A stretch of 64,000 nucleotides of DNA, from positions 1 through 64,000 of the forward strand of contig JBDRBB010000010.1 of assembly GCA_043823065.1 (NCBI GenBank), written 5' to 3'. The notes under the pieces are model-generated. The model saw only the letters and a program-made list of their open reading frames with translations, searched no databases and had not been told where the DNA came from. Source of the DNA: Pseudomonadota bacterium. GTDB lineage: Bacteria; UBA10199; 2-02-FULL-44-16; DYJF01. Each line of letters begins with the position of its first letter. Within the stretch, counting starts at the first letter, position 1. Of the stretch, positions 39,947 to 50,799 are shown one piece after another. Made by a program: the position numbers and the translations under genes.

Positions 39947-42410
39947 TTATCCGCAACTTTTTTCATAAGTTTCTTTTCCACAATCACCATAGCTGGCACT
40001 AATAATATTGCAGCAAAAATACAGGTGATTTCGCCAATAATAGCCATCGTGCCAAACTGAGCCACTGCTTGGTTATAAGATCTGGTTAACACAAAATAGC
40101 CAATAATAGTAGTAGAAGAACAAAGCATTACTGCTCCACCAGTATGTCTAATAATGGCCATGGTCTTGCGCCGTTCTTCCCGATGCAAACGTACACCAAT
40201 ATTAAGCGCATAATCTACACCAATACCAAAAGTTAAAGGCAGGGCCACAAAATTGAAAAAGTTTATTTTCAAACCAATAATAGCCATGATCGCTACCATG
40301 GTTAAAACAGACCAAGCTAAAGCTAAGATAATCTTATATGATTCTTTTAATCTGCGCATAGCTAGAAAAACAAAAAGTGACACTGCGATAAAAGAAGCCA
40401 AGGTTAAAAAAGGGGCATCTTCTTTAACCACTTTTACAATATCAGCCAGAATCAAAGAAGCTCCTGTAGCATGAAATATGCGACCATCATCTAGTCTAAT
40501 ATCTTTAACCGTACGCGCAAATTGAAGAAGATTTCTGCCATCAGAAAGTGGCATACCAGACCTGGGATTAATGTAGGCAAATGTGCCAACATTACCTTCT
40601 AGATCTTTAAAATTTTGCACCAGATCATTTGGCAAATCTATAATATCCAAGCGTTTTTTTTGTAAAGAAAGTTTAATTTTTTTATCTTTTCGCCAACATC
40701 GCCTTTTAATTCATTCAACCAACGCTTATCTAACAAGTGATCTATTTTAGTTAAAATTACTGCCCGCTGATCTTGATCTTGTGGCAATAAATCATAGACT
40801 GTATAACAATCATCTACTCGCCGATCTTTTTCTGGATAAGCATTGTTTTGCTTTTCCACAGCAGCACAAACCTTTGGTCCATCTTCTGGTTCATCTAATA
40901 AAACTACAGCTGGGGTCATGGATCCTATCCACAACTTAGCCACCCTCTTTTCTAATGCTTCTGTGCCTGTGGTAGCGGAAATTTTATTTCTGAGTTTGGA
41001 AAAATCATATTCAATGGAATTTGGGATATATTTAATCACTATACCTAAGCCTATTGACCCAAGTAATACTCCAAGCAAAATAATAGCTATGGGAAAGTGG
41101 GTGAGAATCTTATCCATTTCAGGTAATAGTGCGCTCTTCCGTTTTGGCACATCAAGTTTGCGCCTGGATAGACTTAAAACATCCTCGGAAATAACAATTA
41201 AGGGTGGCAAAAATAACATACTAACAAGCCAACAACAAATCACACCTACTGAACCAATAAAACCAAACTGGGAAAGCCCCTTTACTCCAGCCAAGATTAA
41301 AATCAGAAAAGCTACAGCAGTTGTAGCTGCAGCTAGAAAGGTTGGCTTGAGTGTAGTTTCCAAGGCAATTTCCATACCCATTATTGGATTTTTACCAGCC
41401 TTACGCTCCTCTAAATAGCGGCCAACCATAATGATGCCGTAATTGATTCCAGTACCAATAATAATTGAAGCTAAAAAAGCAGTCTGGGCATTTAAGTAGC
41501 CGATTGCATAACGAGTGATGGTAAAAGTAATGAGAATGCTAAAGATTAAACTAAAACCAAAAAAAACCACCAATCTAATCCGCAAAAAATAAATAGTTAT
41601 TACGCCTGCCACTAAAGCAATGCATAGTGCAGCTGTGGAAAACATGTCTTGTCTTAAGGTATCATATTCTTCAACAGTGGAAACAATGTTGCCGCAGTAA
41701 CCAACAGTTAAATCAGGATCATAGCTAGATGGATCTAGTCTCTCAACAATTCCCTTCACTTGTTTGATCAAGTTTCTGGCATCATTGATAGCCAGAGAAA
41801 CGCCCTTGGGTCTAATCATGACAATCAATAATTGACCATGTTCGCCACCATAATAATCATCAAACACTGCCAAGGGCATTTTTACATTTTTTTGGTTGCG
41901 TTGCTTAATATCATCGATATTTAAAGTTACGGGTGATTCTTCATCGCCTAAATTAATAAAAAAAGGAGTGCGTTTTAATTTTTCATAATCAACAAATCGT
42001 TTTAATCTAGTATATAATTTTTCTAGATCAGCAATATCCACAAAATGCAGCATATTATCTTCATAAAATTTACGGATATTATCCACCTTGGCATTTACAT
42101 AATGCACTTGATCAGGAGGGAGATCTTTTAATTTCTCATTTAAATCATCAACTAATCGCTTATTGGCCGCTATATTTGGACTTTCTACAGCAATGGTTAA
42201 AACAGAAATTCCACCTACTTTATCTAACATGCGATTGAGTTGAATAACACTGGGGGTATTGTCCGGCAAAAGTTCCTCTAAAGAACTTTTAAGTTCTAAT
42301 CCAGATGAAATATAAAGAACTGTAATAAATAGTAATAAGGCAGATGAAATAAAAATTAGGCGATGCGTATTAGCCCACCTTAAATATTTGGGAAATATTT
42401 TTTGCAGCAT
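39943..42410 (-). pseudogene. MMPL/RND-family lipid exporter split by a 1-nt frameshift
   Basis: Two overlapping ORFs (40638..42410, 39943..40650) carrying GTGINYG and GIGVDY halves; A7 and A8 runs at the junction. Confidence 0.8.
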
Positions 42411-42416
42411 TTGGGG

Positions 42417-43163
42417 TTATGGATTTCTTTTTAACAATCGATCAGACCAATACTTAATTATGAAGAAAGCTGCTAAAAGAAAATTCACAGCCACTTCGGC
42501 TTGATATACAATAAAACCATCAATATTTTCCACTGAAGGCTGGCTAAATATATACAAGGGATTGCCCAAAAAATTGCTTACCACTTCTGGTCTTTGAAAA
42601 AAATCTATTAAAGCAAAATGAAAACTGCTAATAGGCCACAATGGATAAATTTGATAATTATAAGTTATGGTGTCAGCAAAAATATGCAGCAAATAACCCA
42701 GTACTAAATAAAAATATAATGCTTTGAAATTTTTATTTTTCATCAAAAAGCTAATTACGGGTAAAACGATTAAAGAAACAAGCAACGCAGCAAATGGCGT
42801 ATGCATGATATTGTGGGGCCGCCACATGCCTGTGGGAATTTCACCCAAAAGTTTTAGCGCCAAAACATCAAAAATATGGGTATAGGCGGACAGAATTTGG
42901 GCGCCAATTAAAATCGCCACAAAATACTGTTTTTTTTCATCTTTTCGTCCCCAAAAAATAATAAAAAACAAAAGGGCCACATTGCCAAACTGATCATGTA
43001 AATACATAGCCCAAGGACCTGGATTAAAAAAAAGAGTGGTCACATAGAATATGATTAAAAATAAAAGATAATAGGCAAAACATAAAAAAGTGTTTCTCTT
43101 GGAAATCAGATCTAGACTTCCTGCCACTGCTGACGCAGACATGAAATGGCCAATTGGTGTCAT
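42417..43163 (-). CDS. YdjM-like membrane metal-dependent hydrolase
   Basis: N-terminal GH, HNIMHT, LHIFAD, LWP. Confidence 0.6.
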   Translation of the reverse strand: MTPIGHFMSASAVAGSLDLISKRNTFLCFAYYLLFLIIFYVTTLFFNPGPWAMYLHDQFGNVALLFFIIFWGRKDEKKQYFVAILIGAQILSAYTHIFDVLALKLLGEIPTGMWRPHNIMHTPFAALLVSLIVLPVISFLMKNKNFKALYFYLVLGYLLHIFADTITYNYQIYPLWPISSFHFALIDFFQRPEVVSNFLGNPLYIFSQPSVENIDGFIVYQAEVAVNFLLAAFFIIKYWSDRLLKRNP

Positions 43164-43166
43164 AAT

Positions 43167-44183
43167 TTATAGGGCGAATCTCTTTCTTAGTTTCAGCCAA
43201 ACCTTAAGCAATCTTTCAGCCAAAAGATATGAACTCAAAGCAACAGCCCAGCCTGCAAAAATATCCACCACCCAATGATGCCTTAGATAAACTGTGGAAA
43301 ACCATAAACTGGTCACAAGAGGAATATAAAGATACCACAACACAGTGTTTAGCTTAGAAATATTTCGATATTTATAGGCATAGATCAAGGCTACTGAGGA
43401 AATACCTACGTGCAAGCTGGGGAATGCGCCGCCACTTACCACTGAAAGGTTGTCCCACATACCTTGCAATTTGTTAAATAGAAAAATGCCAGTTAAACGA
43501 TGAGGGTCTGTATACAGATGTTCAATATAAAAACGCGGCGGTGAACATGGGAAAAAAGTATAACACACAAAACCAATAACAAAGGTAAAGCTTAAGGCCA
43601 AGACCATGCTGCGAAAATAATTACGCTGATTAGCCAAAGAAAGAAAAAACATTAAAGCCAACGGCAAGGCAAAATACAGGGCATAGGAAAAAGACATAAT
43701 ATCAGTCAGCAGGGGGCTAAAGATTTTTTGAGCCCAAACAGTGGGTTGAGTTCCAAAAATGAGTCCATCCCAATGATACATATATTTAGCAACATCAAAA
43801 TGTTCTACATGACCTGCATAATCTCTCAAATTTTCGTAAATAAAGGCAATAAACAAAAACGGTAGCCATTCTCTAAGCACGATCAAACTATTAACTTTTG
43901 CTTGTTTAGGAGACCTTATTGATTTTATTAATATTGCCCCAGCCATAATTGCCAAAGGTAAACCTAGGCTGGCTTGAAAAAATCTAACATTGCCATTTAG
44001 GGCAACCACAACCACCACCAGTAAAGTAGTCATAAACAAGACAAAAAACATGTCTAGACCCATGGTCGCCAAGGTAAACAAAAAATATACTTTTAATCTT
44101 TTTAAAAAAGATGGAGATAATAGAGCTTGTTCTCTAACACTTTGTAATACTGAAATATTTTGTGTTTCTTCTCTCGTAGACAT
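43167..44183 (-). CDS. PAP2_3 / AUR1 (inositol phosphorylceramide synthase)-like membrane protein
   Basis: FPCSPPRF, GAFPSLHVG, STVYLRHHWVVD. Confidence 0.8.
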   Translation of the reverse strand: MSTREETQNISVLQSVREQALLSPSFLKRLKVYFLFTLATMGLDMFFVLFMTTLLVVVVVALNGNVRFFQASLGLPLAIMAGAILIKSIRSPKQAKVNSLIVLREWLPFLFIAFIYENLRDYAGHVEHFDVAKYMYHWDGLIFGTQPTVWAQKIFSPLLTDIMSFSYALYFALPLALMFFLSLANQRNYFRSMVLALSFTFVIGFVCYTFFPCSPPRFYIEHLYTDPHRLTGIFLFNKLQGMWDNLSVVSGGAFPSLHVGISSVALIYAYKYRNISKLNTVLWYLYIPLVTSLWFSTVYLRHHWVVDIFAGWAVALSSYLLAERLLKVWLKLRKRFAL

Positions 44184-44274
44184 ATCTTACCCTTCCTTCA
44201 ATCTGCACAGCCGCATAACCTAGCTATTTTTTTGTTGCTTTACAATAAAAAACCGACCAAAAAGCAATCTAGAT

Positions 44275-45414
44275 ATGCGAATAGCCATTGTTTCTGAATA
44301 TTATTATCCTTTATTAGGCGGTATTAGCGAGCATGTCCATTTTTTTGCCAAAGAATGCGCTAACTTAGGCCACCAAGTAACCATCATCACCTCTGCCCCT
44401 TTGCTTAAATCAAAAAATCATCAACCACCTGATTTTATAACTAAAACCAGGATCGAAATTATCAGAATTGGACACGGCATTCCTTTTTATAGTAACGGCT
44501 CTTTTGCCAATATTTCTTTTGGCTTTGGTATGAAAAAACAATTAAGAAAAATTCTACAAAAAGGTAAATTTGATATCGTGCACATTCACTCGCCAGCAAT
44601 TCCCACCCTTCCTATTTTAACCCAAATGGTCTCAGAAATTCCAAACATCGGCACATTTCATACTTATTTTGAAAAAAATTTTCTTTATGCTTTTTATAAA
44701 AATTTAATTCAAGATGCCCTGGGCAATTTAGACGGTAGAATAGCTGTTTCCAAACTTTGCGTGGAAACCATTACCCGTCATATTTCCGCAGAATTTGAAA
44801 TTATCCCTAATGGTGTTGATCTGGAGTACTTTTCTAAACCCCAGGGTCAGCTCAATAAATATAAAGATGGTAAAATTAATATCTTATTTGTAGGTCGCCT
44901 GGATCCGCGCAATGGATTAGAGTGTTTAATCAAGGCCTATCGCCAAGCACGCAAAAAAAATAGAAATATTAGATTGATTATAATTGGCGATGGACCTTTG
45001 CGTTCCTACTACAATATTATTATGAAAGATGAAGATGATATTCATTTTGAAGGATATGTGAATCATCTGCGCCCTGATTATTATTTAAACTGTGACATCT
45101 TTTGTTTTCCTGTGCAAAAAGCATCTTTTGGCATTACAATTTTAGAAGCCATGGCTGCCAGCAAGCCTATTATTTGCACAGATTTGCCAGCTTTTCATGA
45201 TATTTTAGGTAAAGATCAAAAAGCTTGCCGCTATGTTGACCCTTTTGATCCTCAAGCATTTGCAGATAAATTAACTGAGCTAATTGAAGACGCAAGTTTA
45301 CGCCAAACCATGGGTGAAGTTGGTTTTGAGCGCGTTCAGCGTTTTTCCTGGCCCCAGGTAACTAAACAAGTTCTGGAATATTATCAGAAAATACTTGCTA
45401 CAACTGGATCTTAA
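44275..45414 (+). CDS. GT4 glycosyltransferase, PimA-like
   Basis: GGISEHV, HIHSP, GTFH, IPNGVD, FVGRLDPRNG, SFGITILEAMA. Confidence 0.85.
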   Translation: MRIAIVSEYYYPLLGGISEHVHFFAKECANLGHQVTIITSAPLLKSKNHQPPDFITKTRIEIIRIGHGIPFYSNGSFANISFGFGMKKQLRKILQKGKFDIVHIHSPAIPTLPILTQMVSEIPNIGTFHTYFEKNFLYAFYKNLIQDALGNLDGRIAVSKLCVETITRHISAEFEIIPNGVDLEYFSKPQGQLNKYKDGKINILFVGRLDPRNGLECLIKAYRQARKKNRNIRLIIIGDGPLRSYYNIIMKDEDDIHFEGYVNHLRPDYYLNCDIFCFPVQKASFGITILEAMAASKPIICTDLPAFHDILGKDQKACRYVDPFDPQAFADKLTELIEDASLRQTMGEVGFERVQRFSWPQVTKQVLEYYQKILATTGS

Positions 45415-46327
45415 ATTCATCTGTAACAATTTCTTTGGGCATCTCTGTCCAAGGTGAATCACAAAATTTAACTTTGATTTGATAACGACCAGCAGGAATA
45501 TTTTCTGGAATCTGCCAGAAAATATCTGACATGCCTTTAAAGTCTTCAAATACCTGGCATTTATCTTGAGTAGAACTATTTTTAAATATAGGTTTAATTT
45601 TTTGACTACCAATTTTCCTATCTTTATCTAAATTTTCTAAAATGAATTTTGTATTTACTCCAATTGGCCAGGCAGTCATGCGCGCAAATTTTAAATTTAT
45701 AGTTTCCCCTGGGAGATAAATATCTTGATTATTTATAATAATAATCAGTTTATTATCATCAGCTAAACCTGAGCCAACCCCGGAAGTATTAGCATCCCAA
45801 AACCTGGCTGGGCCAACATCAATATGCACAGTTTTACCATAATAATAACCAACGCCGCCAAAATTAATATCCTTAACATAATCCCAAATCTTTCTGGAAG
45901 ATACACCCTGCATAATAATATCTGCTGCCAGGCCATATTGATGCATGCTGGCTTTAGCAGCTAATTTGCCATTATTTCTTAAATTAGTATTATAGTTTGG
46001 GCTGCGATATCCAGAAACAATAGTTATCTTACCACCCTGAAAATGATCTTGCAGATAATCTAAAAATTCAATCAGCCTCAAAGAGATTTCCCCTTTTTGC
46101 TGGCCAGTGCTAAACACTTTGTTGATTTGATTTAGGGCTTGCTGATCATATTTACCATTTGTGCGATAAACTCCGTTAAAAGTCGCCCTAGTATGCGTGG
46201 AATTCAGACTCAACTTACCATCCCCAGCATGAAAAAATCTACTTTCCGGCAATTCAGCGAATGCTGCTCTAGAAAAAGTTATTAAGAATAAAAGCCCAAA
46301 CCAAATTATTAGCTTGTTAGATATCAT
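45398..46327 (-). CDS. YcbK/DUF882 peptidase M15 family protein
   Basis: SGYRSP..N, SMH..G.AAD, GGVGYY, VHIDVG; start trimmed to MISNK (SD GGAG). Confidence 0.85.
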   Translation of the reverse strand: MISNKLIIWFGLLFLITFSRAAFAELPESRFFHAGDGKLSLNSTHTRATFNGVYRTNGKYDQQALNQINKVFSTGQQKGEISLRLIEFLDYLQDHFQGGKITIVSGYRSPNYNTNLRNNGKLAAKASMHQYGLAADIIMQGVSSRKIWDYVKDINFGGVGYYYGKTVHIDVGPARFWDANTSGVGSGLADDNKLIIIINNQDIYLPGETINLKFARMTAWPIGVNTKFILENLDKDRKIGSQKIKPIFKNSSTQDKCQVFEDFKGMSDIFWQIPENIPAGRYQIKVKFCDSPWTEMPKEIVTDEFKIQL

Positions 46328-46335
46328 ATTTCTCC

Positions 46336-46455
46336 TTTTTTGCTGATGACGTAGGGCGGCTTTTCGAATCCGGACCGACATTATCCAAGTCATTAATAGT
46401 TTCGTAAAAGTCTGAGGGAGGTGAGAAAAGTCGGCCGAGAGTCATTAGCAAAAAA
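46336..46455 (+). repeat. Structured intergenic element family A, copy 2 (inverted)
   Basis: Reverse complement of family A core; stem tgctgatgac/gtcattagca. Confidence 0.85.
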
Positions 46456-46552
46456 CAATATATGGATTTAAGAAGCGTAAATTGCAAGTTTTCCTTGGTT
46501 GACTATTTATCGCTTGCCAAGTAAGTATTTTCAACAAAATTAAGGAGGAGAC

Positions 46553-47851
46553 ATGGGCCTTTATGCTGACCGAGTAGGTTTAATTGATACAGAAAATGCC
46601 TTTAAGGTTGGTCCTTATATTAGGGGTTTGGAAGACCAGGGGCATAAAGTTATTAAATGCAATTTAGGCGAACCAGATTTTCCGCTTCCCCAACACATTA
46701 AAGATGAATTAAAACATCAAGTAGATTTAGATAATACTCATTATGTAGACCCTCAAGGCCTGCTTCCTTTTAGACAAGCAATTGCCAAACAAATTAGCGA
46801 GACCAGAAATATTAGAGTAACCCCTGAACAGGTAGTAGTCTTTCCTGGAGCTAAACCGCCAATTGGTTTGTGCCAGCAAACTTACTGCAACCCTGGTGAT
46901 GAAATAATTTATCCTTCACCTGGCTTTCCCATTTATGAATCTTTTACCAAATATGTTGGCGCCAAACCAGTTCCTCTTCATTTAAAAGAAGAAAAAGGGT
47001 TTAGCTTTCAGGGTCAGGATTTAGAAAAATTAATTACTAATAAAACAAAAATGATCTTTATTTGTTTTCCTTCTAATCCAACTGGTGGAGTAGCCACTGA
47101 AGATCAATTAAGAGAAATAGCGCAAGTGATCAAAACTAAATGCAGCCCAGATGTAAGAATTTATTCAGATGAAGTTTACGAAAATATTCTATTTGATGGT
47201 TCAAAACATAAATCAATTGCCTCTATTCCTGGAATGGAAAAGCAAACCATTATAGTTAGCGGCGCTTCCAAATCTTTTTCTTGGACTGGGGGTCGTATTG
47301 GCTGGGCAGTGTTTCCTACAGTTGAGGAAGCTCAAATCTTCAAAAATTTGAACATAAATTATTTTTCCTGCATTGCTGGCTATAATCAAATGGCCTGCAA
47401 ACTTGCCCTTGAATCGCCTCAAAGCAAAATTGAAATTGCCAAAATGGTGGCTGCCTTTCAGGAAAGAAGAGACGCGGTAGTGCAAGGCTTAAATAATATC
47501 AAAGGAATAAGCTGCCAAAATCCTAAAGGAGCTTTTTACGTGTTTCCCAATATTTCTGGAGTTTGCAAAAATATTGGTGCAATTGATGCTTATGAAACCT
47601 TGCCAGCTGAGATTAAAACAAAAACTTCTCCTTCAACTTTATTTCAGATGTTTCTTTTGTTTAATTATTATGTAGCAACCATGGATCGTAAATCATTTAA
47701 CAGACTTGGCACTGAAGGCATGCATTATCTGCGCATATCTATTGCCACAGGTTTAGATGATCTTAAAGATGGCGTTAACCGGTTAGCTAAGGCAAGCCAA
47801 GATAAAACCAGTTTTGCGGAGTTTGTTAAAAAAGGAGAATATTTATACTGA
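46553..47851 (+). CDS. PLP-dependent aminotransferase class I/II
   Basis: GEPDF, PSNPTG, SDEVY, SKSFSWTGGRIG, PKGAFY. Confidence 0.92.
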   Translation: MGLYADRVGLIDTENAFKVGPYIRGLEDQGHKVIKCNLGEPDFPLPQHIKDELKHQVDLDNTHYVDPQGLLPFRQAIAKQISETRNIRVTPEQVVVFPGAKPPIGLCQQTYCNPGDEIIYPSPGFPIYESFTKYVGAKPVPLHLKEEKGFSFQGQDLEKLITNKTKMIFICFPSNPTGGVATEDQLREIAQVIKTKCSPDVRIYSDEVYENILFDGSKHKSIASIPGMEKQTIIVSGASKSFSWTGGRIGWAVFPTVEEAQIFKNLNINYFSCIAGYNQMACKLALESPQSKIEIAKMVAAFQERRDAVVQGLNNIKGISCQNPKGAFYVFPNISGVCKNIGAIDAYETLPAEIKTKTSPSTLFQMFLLFNYYVATMDRKSFNRLGTEGMHYLRISIATGLDDLKDGVNRLAKASQDKTSFAEFVKKGEYLY

Positions 47852-47863
47852 TCGCTTAATGTT

Positions 47864-47938
47864 TAGACAATTGACCATAGACTATTGACTATAGACCTTT
47901 TATTTTTGGTCAATGGTCCATTGTCAATGGTCTATAGT
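47864..47938. repeat. Inverted arrays of degenerate heptamers (TAGACYA / TGGTCYA)
   Basis: tagacaa ttgacca tagacta ttgacta ... tggtcaa tggtcca ttgtcaa tggtcta. Confidence 0.75.
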
Positions 47939-47959
47939 TGTTATTAAAATGGAGGAAAT

Positions 47960-50326
47960 ATGAATTTCAAATTTGGACCCAGAAGAGCAGTGGTTATCAA
48001 CATTGAAGAAGAACTGAAAAATAGCTACACGCCTACTGGCGCCTTTGCCACAGATCCCAAAGTTTTTGAAGATTTTGATCAAATCTATCGTTCCCTGTGC
48101 GCTATTATGTATAACTACGTGCCCTCCAGTGGTCATCCAGGCGGCAGCATTTCTTCTGGCCGGTTTGTGCAAAGTATTTTGTTTAATGCCTTAAATTATG
48201 ATGTGTCAAATCCTGATGAAAAAAGCGCAGATATTATTTCCTATGCAGCTGGACATAAGGCCTTGGGTCTTTATGCAGCCTGGGCCTTAAGAAATGAAAT
48301 TATGCGCATTGGCGCTCCAGATCTATTGCCCACTAATATTAAGCAACAACTGCGTTTAGAAGATCTTTTGGGTTTTAGGCGCAACCCCACTACCACTACT
48401 CCTTTATTTAATAAATACAAAGCTAAGTCTTTAGATGGCCATCCCACTCCAGCAACTCCTTTTGTCAAGCTTGCCACTGGCGCTTCTGGGGTTGGCGTGA
48501 CCACATCCATTGGCCTTGCTTTAGGAGCAATTGATATTTATCCAGATAAAACACCATATGTACATATTGTAGAAGGTGAAGGCGGCATGACCCCTGGCCG
48601 AGTTTCGGAAAGCCTGGCTGCTGCTGGCACCATGGGGCTTAAAAATGCAATTATACATGTAGATTGGAATCAGGCTTCTATCGATACCAATAATGTTTGT
48701 CGTGAAAATGACAAACCAGGAACATATGTGCAATGGGATCCAATGGAATTTTGTTATCTGCATGATTGGAACGTAATTATTGTGCCAGATGGTTTTAATT
48801 ATAAACAAATCTTTGCTGCCCAGCAAAAAGCAATGGAGCTAAAAAATAATCAACCCACAGCCATAATTTATCGCACTATTAAAGGCTGGCAATATGGCAT
48901 TGAAGGCAAAGCATCTCACGGCGCTGGACACAAGCTTTGCTCCAACGGATTTTTTGAAGCTTTGCAACCTTTACTCAAAGAAGGTCAAATACCGCGCTGT
49001 GAAACAGAGCAAACCAGGTGCGATTCAGGTGCTAATGCTGATATCATTGAAAACTGTTATTGGGAAGCCTTGCTGGTAATTCGCCAAGCCTTAGAAAATA
49101 ATCAAACGCTTACTAGAACTTTAAGTGCTAATCTGAAAAATGCTAGAGAAAGACTTGATAAATCTAAACGAACGCCCAGAAAAAATGCGCCGCAAGTTGA
49201 GAAAATCTTTAATCCTAAGTTTGATCCCAGCAAGGTGCCTACTGAACTTAAATTAGAGCCAGGTAAAACTACAACCTTGCGCGCAGCTTTGGGTGAAGCA
49301 CTAAACTATTATAATCAGCAAAGTGGCGGGGCTATTCTATCTGCTTCTGCTGATCTTCTAGGTTCAACCTCAACTAATGTCATTGCCAAAGGCTTTGCTG
49401 ATGGCTACTTCCACACTAAGACTAATCCTGAAGCTAGAATACTTTCAGTTGGTGGAATTTGTGAAGATGCTATATCAGGAGTACTTGCTGGACTTTCTAC
49501 TTATGGTAATCACATCGGCGTGGGATCTTCTTACGGAGCATTTATTGCTGCCTTAGGACATATTGCAGCTAGACTGCACGGTATTGGCAATCAGGCTTTG
49601 GAAGAGCGTGAACCAAAAACTCCTTACAAGCCATTTATTCTAACCTGTGCGCATGCGGGCCTAAAGACTGGTGAAGATGGACCAACGCACGCTGATCCTC
49701 AGGCCTTGCAACTCTTGCAAGAAAACTTTCCGCCCAAAGTGGCTATTACCTTAACTCCCTGGGATCCGCAAGAAGTTTGGCCGTTAATGACTATAGCCTT
49801 GCAAAAAAGACCAGCTGTGATTGCTCCATTTGTAACTAGACCAAATGAAATAATTTATGACCGGGCTAAACTTAATTTAGCTCCAGTTACTGATTGCCTA
49901 ACTGGAATTTACGCCTTGCGCCGAGCCAAAACAAATGCCACTTGTGATGGCACTGTTGTCTTGCAAGAAAGTGGTGTAACTTATGCTTTTATTGAACAAG
50001 CTCTGCCTCTGCTTGAAAAAGAGGGATTAAATCTTAATATCTATTATATAGCTTCTGCCGAACTTTTTGATCTGCTGCCTGCAGCTGAAAAGACCAAGGT
50101 CTATCCAGAAGAAATAGCCAAGCAAGCCATGGGCATCACTGGCTTTACCTTTCCCACCATGTATCGCTTTATTGTATCTGACTATGGCCGGGCCTGCACC
50201 TTGCATCCTTTTCAAAAAGGGCGCTATTTGGGAAGTGGCCAGGCACACAAAGTCTTGGAACAAGCAGGACTTGATGGCCAAGCCCAGTTCAGAGCAATTA
50301 TGCGCTATGTAAAGGAACGAAAGTAG
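47960..50326 (+). CDS. Transketolase-family ThDP enzyme
   Basis: SGHPGG, AGH, GHP, SADL..S, GEDGPTH; GEG in place of GDG. Confidence 0.82.
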   Translation: MNFKFGPRRAVVINIEEELKNSYTPTGAFATDPKVFEDFDQIYRSLCAIMYNYVPSSGHPGGSISSGRFVQSILFNALNYDVSNPDEKSADIISYAAGHKALGLYAAWALRNEIMRIGAPDLLPTNIKQQLRLEDLLGFRRNPTTTTPLFNKYKAKSLDGHPTPATPFVKLATGASGVGVTTSIGLALGAIDIYPDKTPYVHIVEGEGGMTPGRVSESLAAAGTMGLKNAIIHVDWNQASIDTNNVCRENDKPGTYVQWDPMEFCYLHDWNVIIVPDGFNYKQIFAAQQKAMELKNNQPTAIIYRTIKGWQYGIEGKASHGAGHKLCSNGFFEALQPLLKEGQIPRCETEQTRCDSGANADIIENCYWEALLVIRQALENNQTLTRTLSANLKNARERLDKSKRTPRKNAPQVEKIFNPKFDPSKVPTELKLEPGKTTTLRAALGEALNYYNQQSGGAILSASADLLGSTSTNVIAKGFADGYFHTKTNPEARILSVGGICEDAISGVLAGLSTYGNHIGVGSSYGAFIAALGHIAARLHGIGNQALEEREPKTPYKPFILTCAHAGLKTGEDGPTHADPQALQLLQENFPPKVAITLTPWDPQEVWPLMTIALQKRPAVIAPFVTRPNEIIYDRAKLNLAPVTDCLTGIYALRRAKTNATCDGTVVLQESGVTYAFIEQALPLLEKEGLNLNIYYIASAELFDLLPAAEKTKVYPEEIAKQAMGITGFTFPTMYRFIVSDYGRACTLHPFQKGRYLGSGQAHKVLEQAGLDGQAQFRAIMRYVKERK

Positions 50327-50385
50327 TACGCGCTTCATTTGAATAAACAATTGCGTGCTTAGGTTAAATTTGCTATTTAGGGGAT

Positions 50386-50673
50386 ATGCTAAATAGAACA
50401 AAAAAGACAACTCAATCGCCTAAAAAACCTTCTGCAGGTTACCCAGAAATTGAAGAGCTAATTGAAACTGAAGATTTTTCTGAAGTTAATAAGAAGTTTC
50501 AAAACGCTTATGATCAATTAGAAGAATTGGGAAAAAAGAAAAAAGGCCTTAAAAAGAGCAGAGATGCCAAGCAGGCTATGCTTTCAATTGAGCTGGTTAT
50601 GGAGCTGTTTCGAGAACTGTTAACCATAAAATATCGCTTAGAAGAACTCTCTGGCAAGACCAAGTCTAAATAA
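50386..50673 (+). CDS. Hypothetical helical protein
   Basis: 95-aa ORF. Confidence 0.65.
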   Translation: MLNRTKKTTQSPKKPSAGYPEIEELIETEDFSEVNKKFQNAYDQLEELGKKKKGLKKSRDAKQAMLSIELVMELFRELLTIKYRLEELSGKTKSK

Positions 50674-50741
50674 ACCAATATATTCAATTAGTTATACCCA
50701 TGGCTGATTCCTTTAAAAAAGCAAAAATATTGTAAAAATAA

Positions 50742-50772
50742 GCAACTTTAGGGGGTCTGTCAGTCGATAATA
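50742..50772 (+). promoter_or_regulatory. Sigma28-like promoter GCAACTT-N16-CGATAA
   Basis: aaaataagcaactt...cgataataata shared with 17234-17273; IHF-like site 50682-50694. Confidence 0.55.
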
Positions 50773-50799
50773 ATAGTGAGAGAAGATTCGGAGGAATAT

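Noticed and set aside
46328..46393. N-terminal extensions of ORFs (ycbK-like, amgK, murU, comEA, hpnH, atpI, prenyl synthase)
   Set aside because: They run into repeat elements or neighbouring genes; downstream starts have better SD or signal-peptide context
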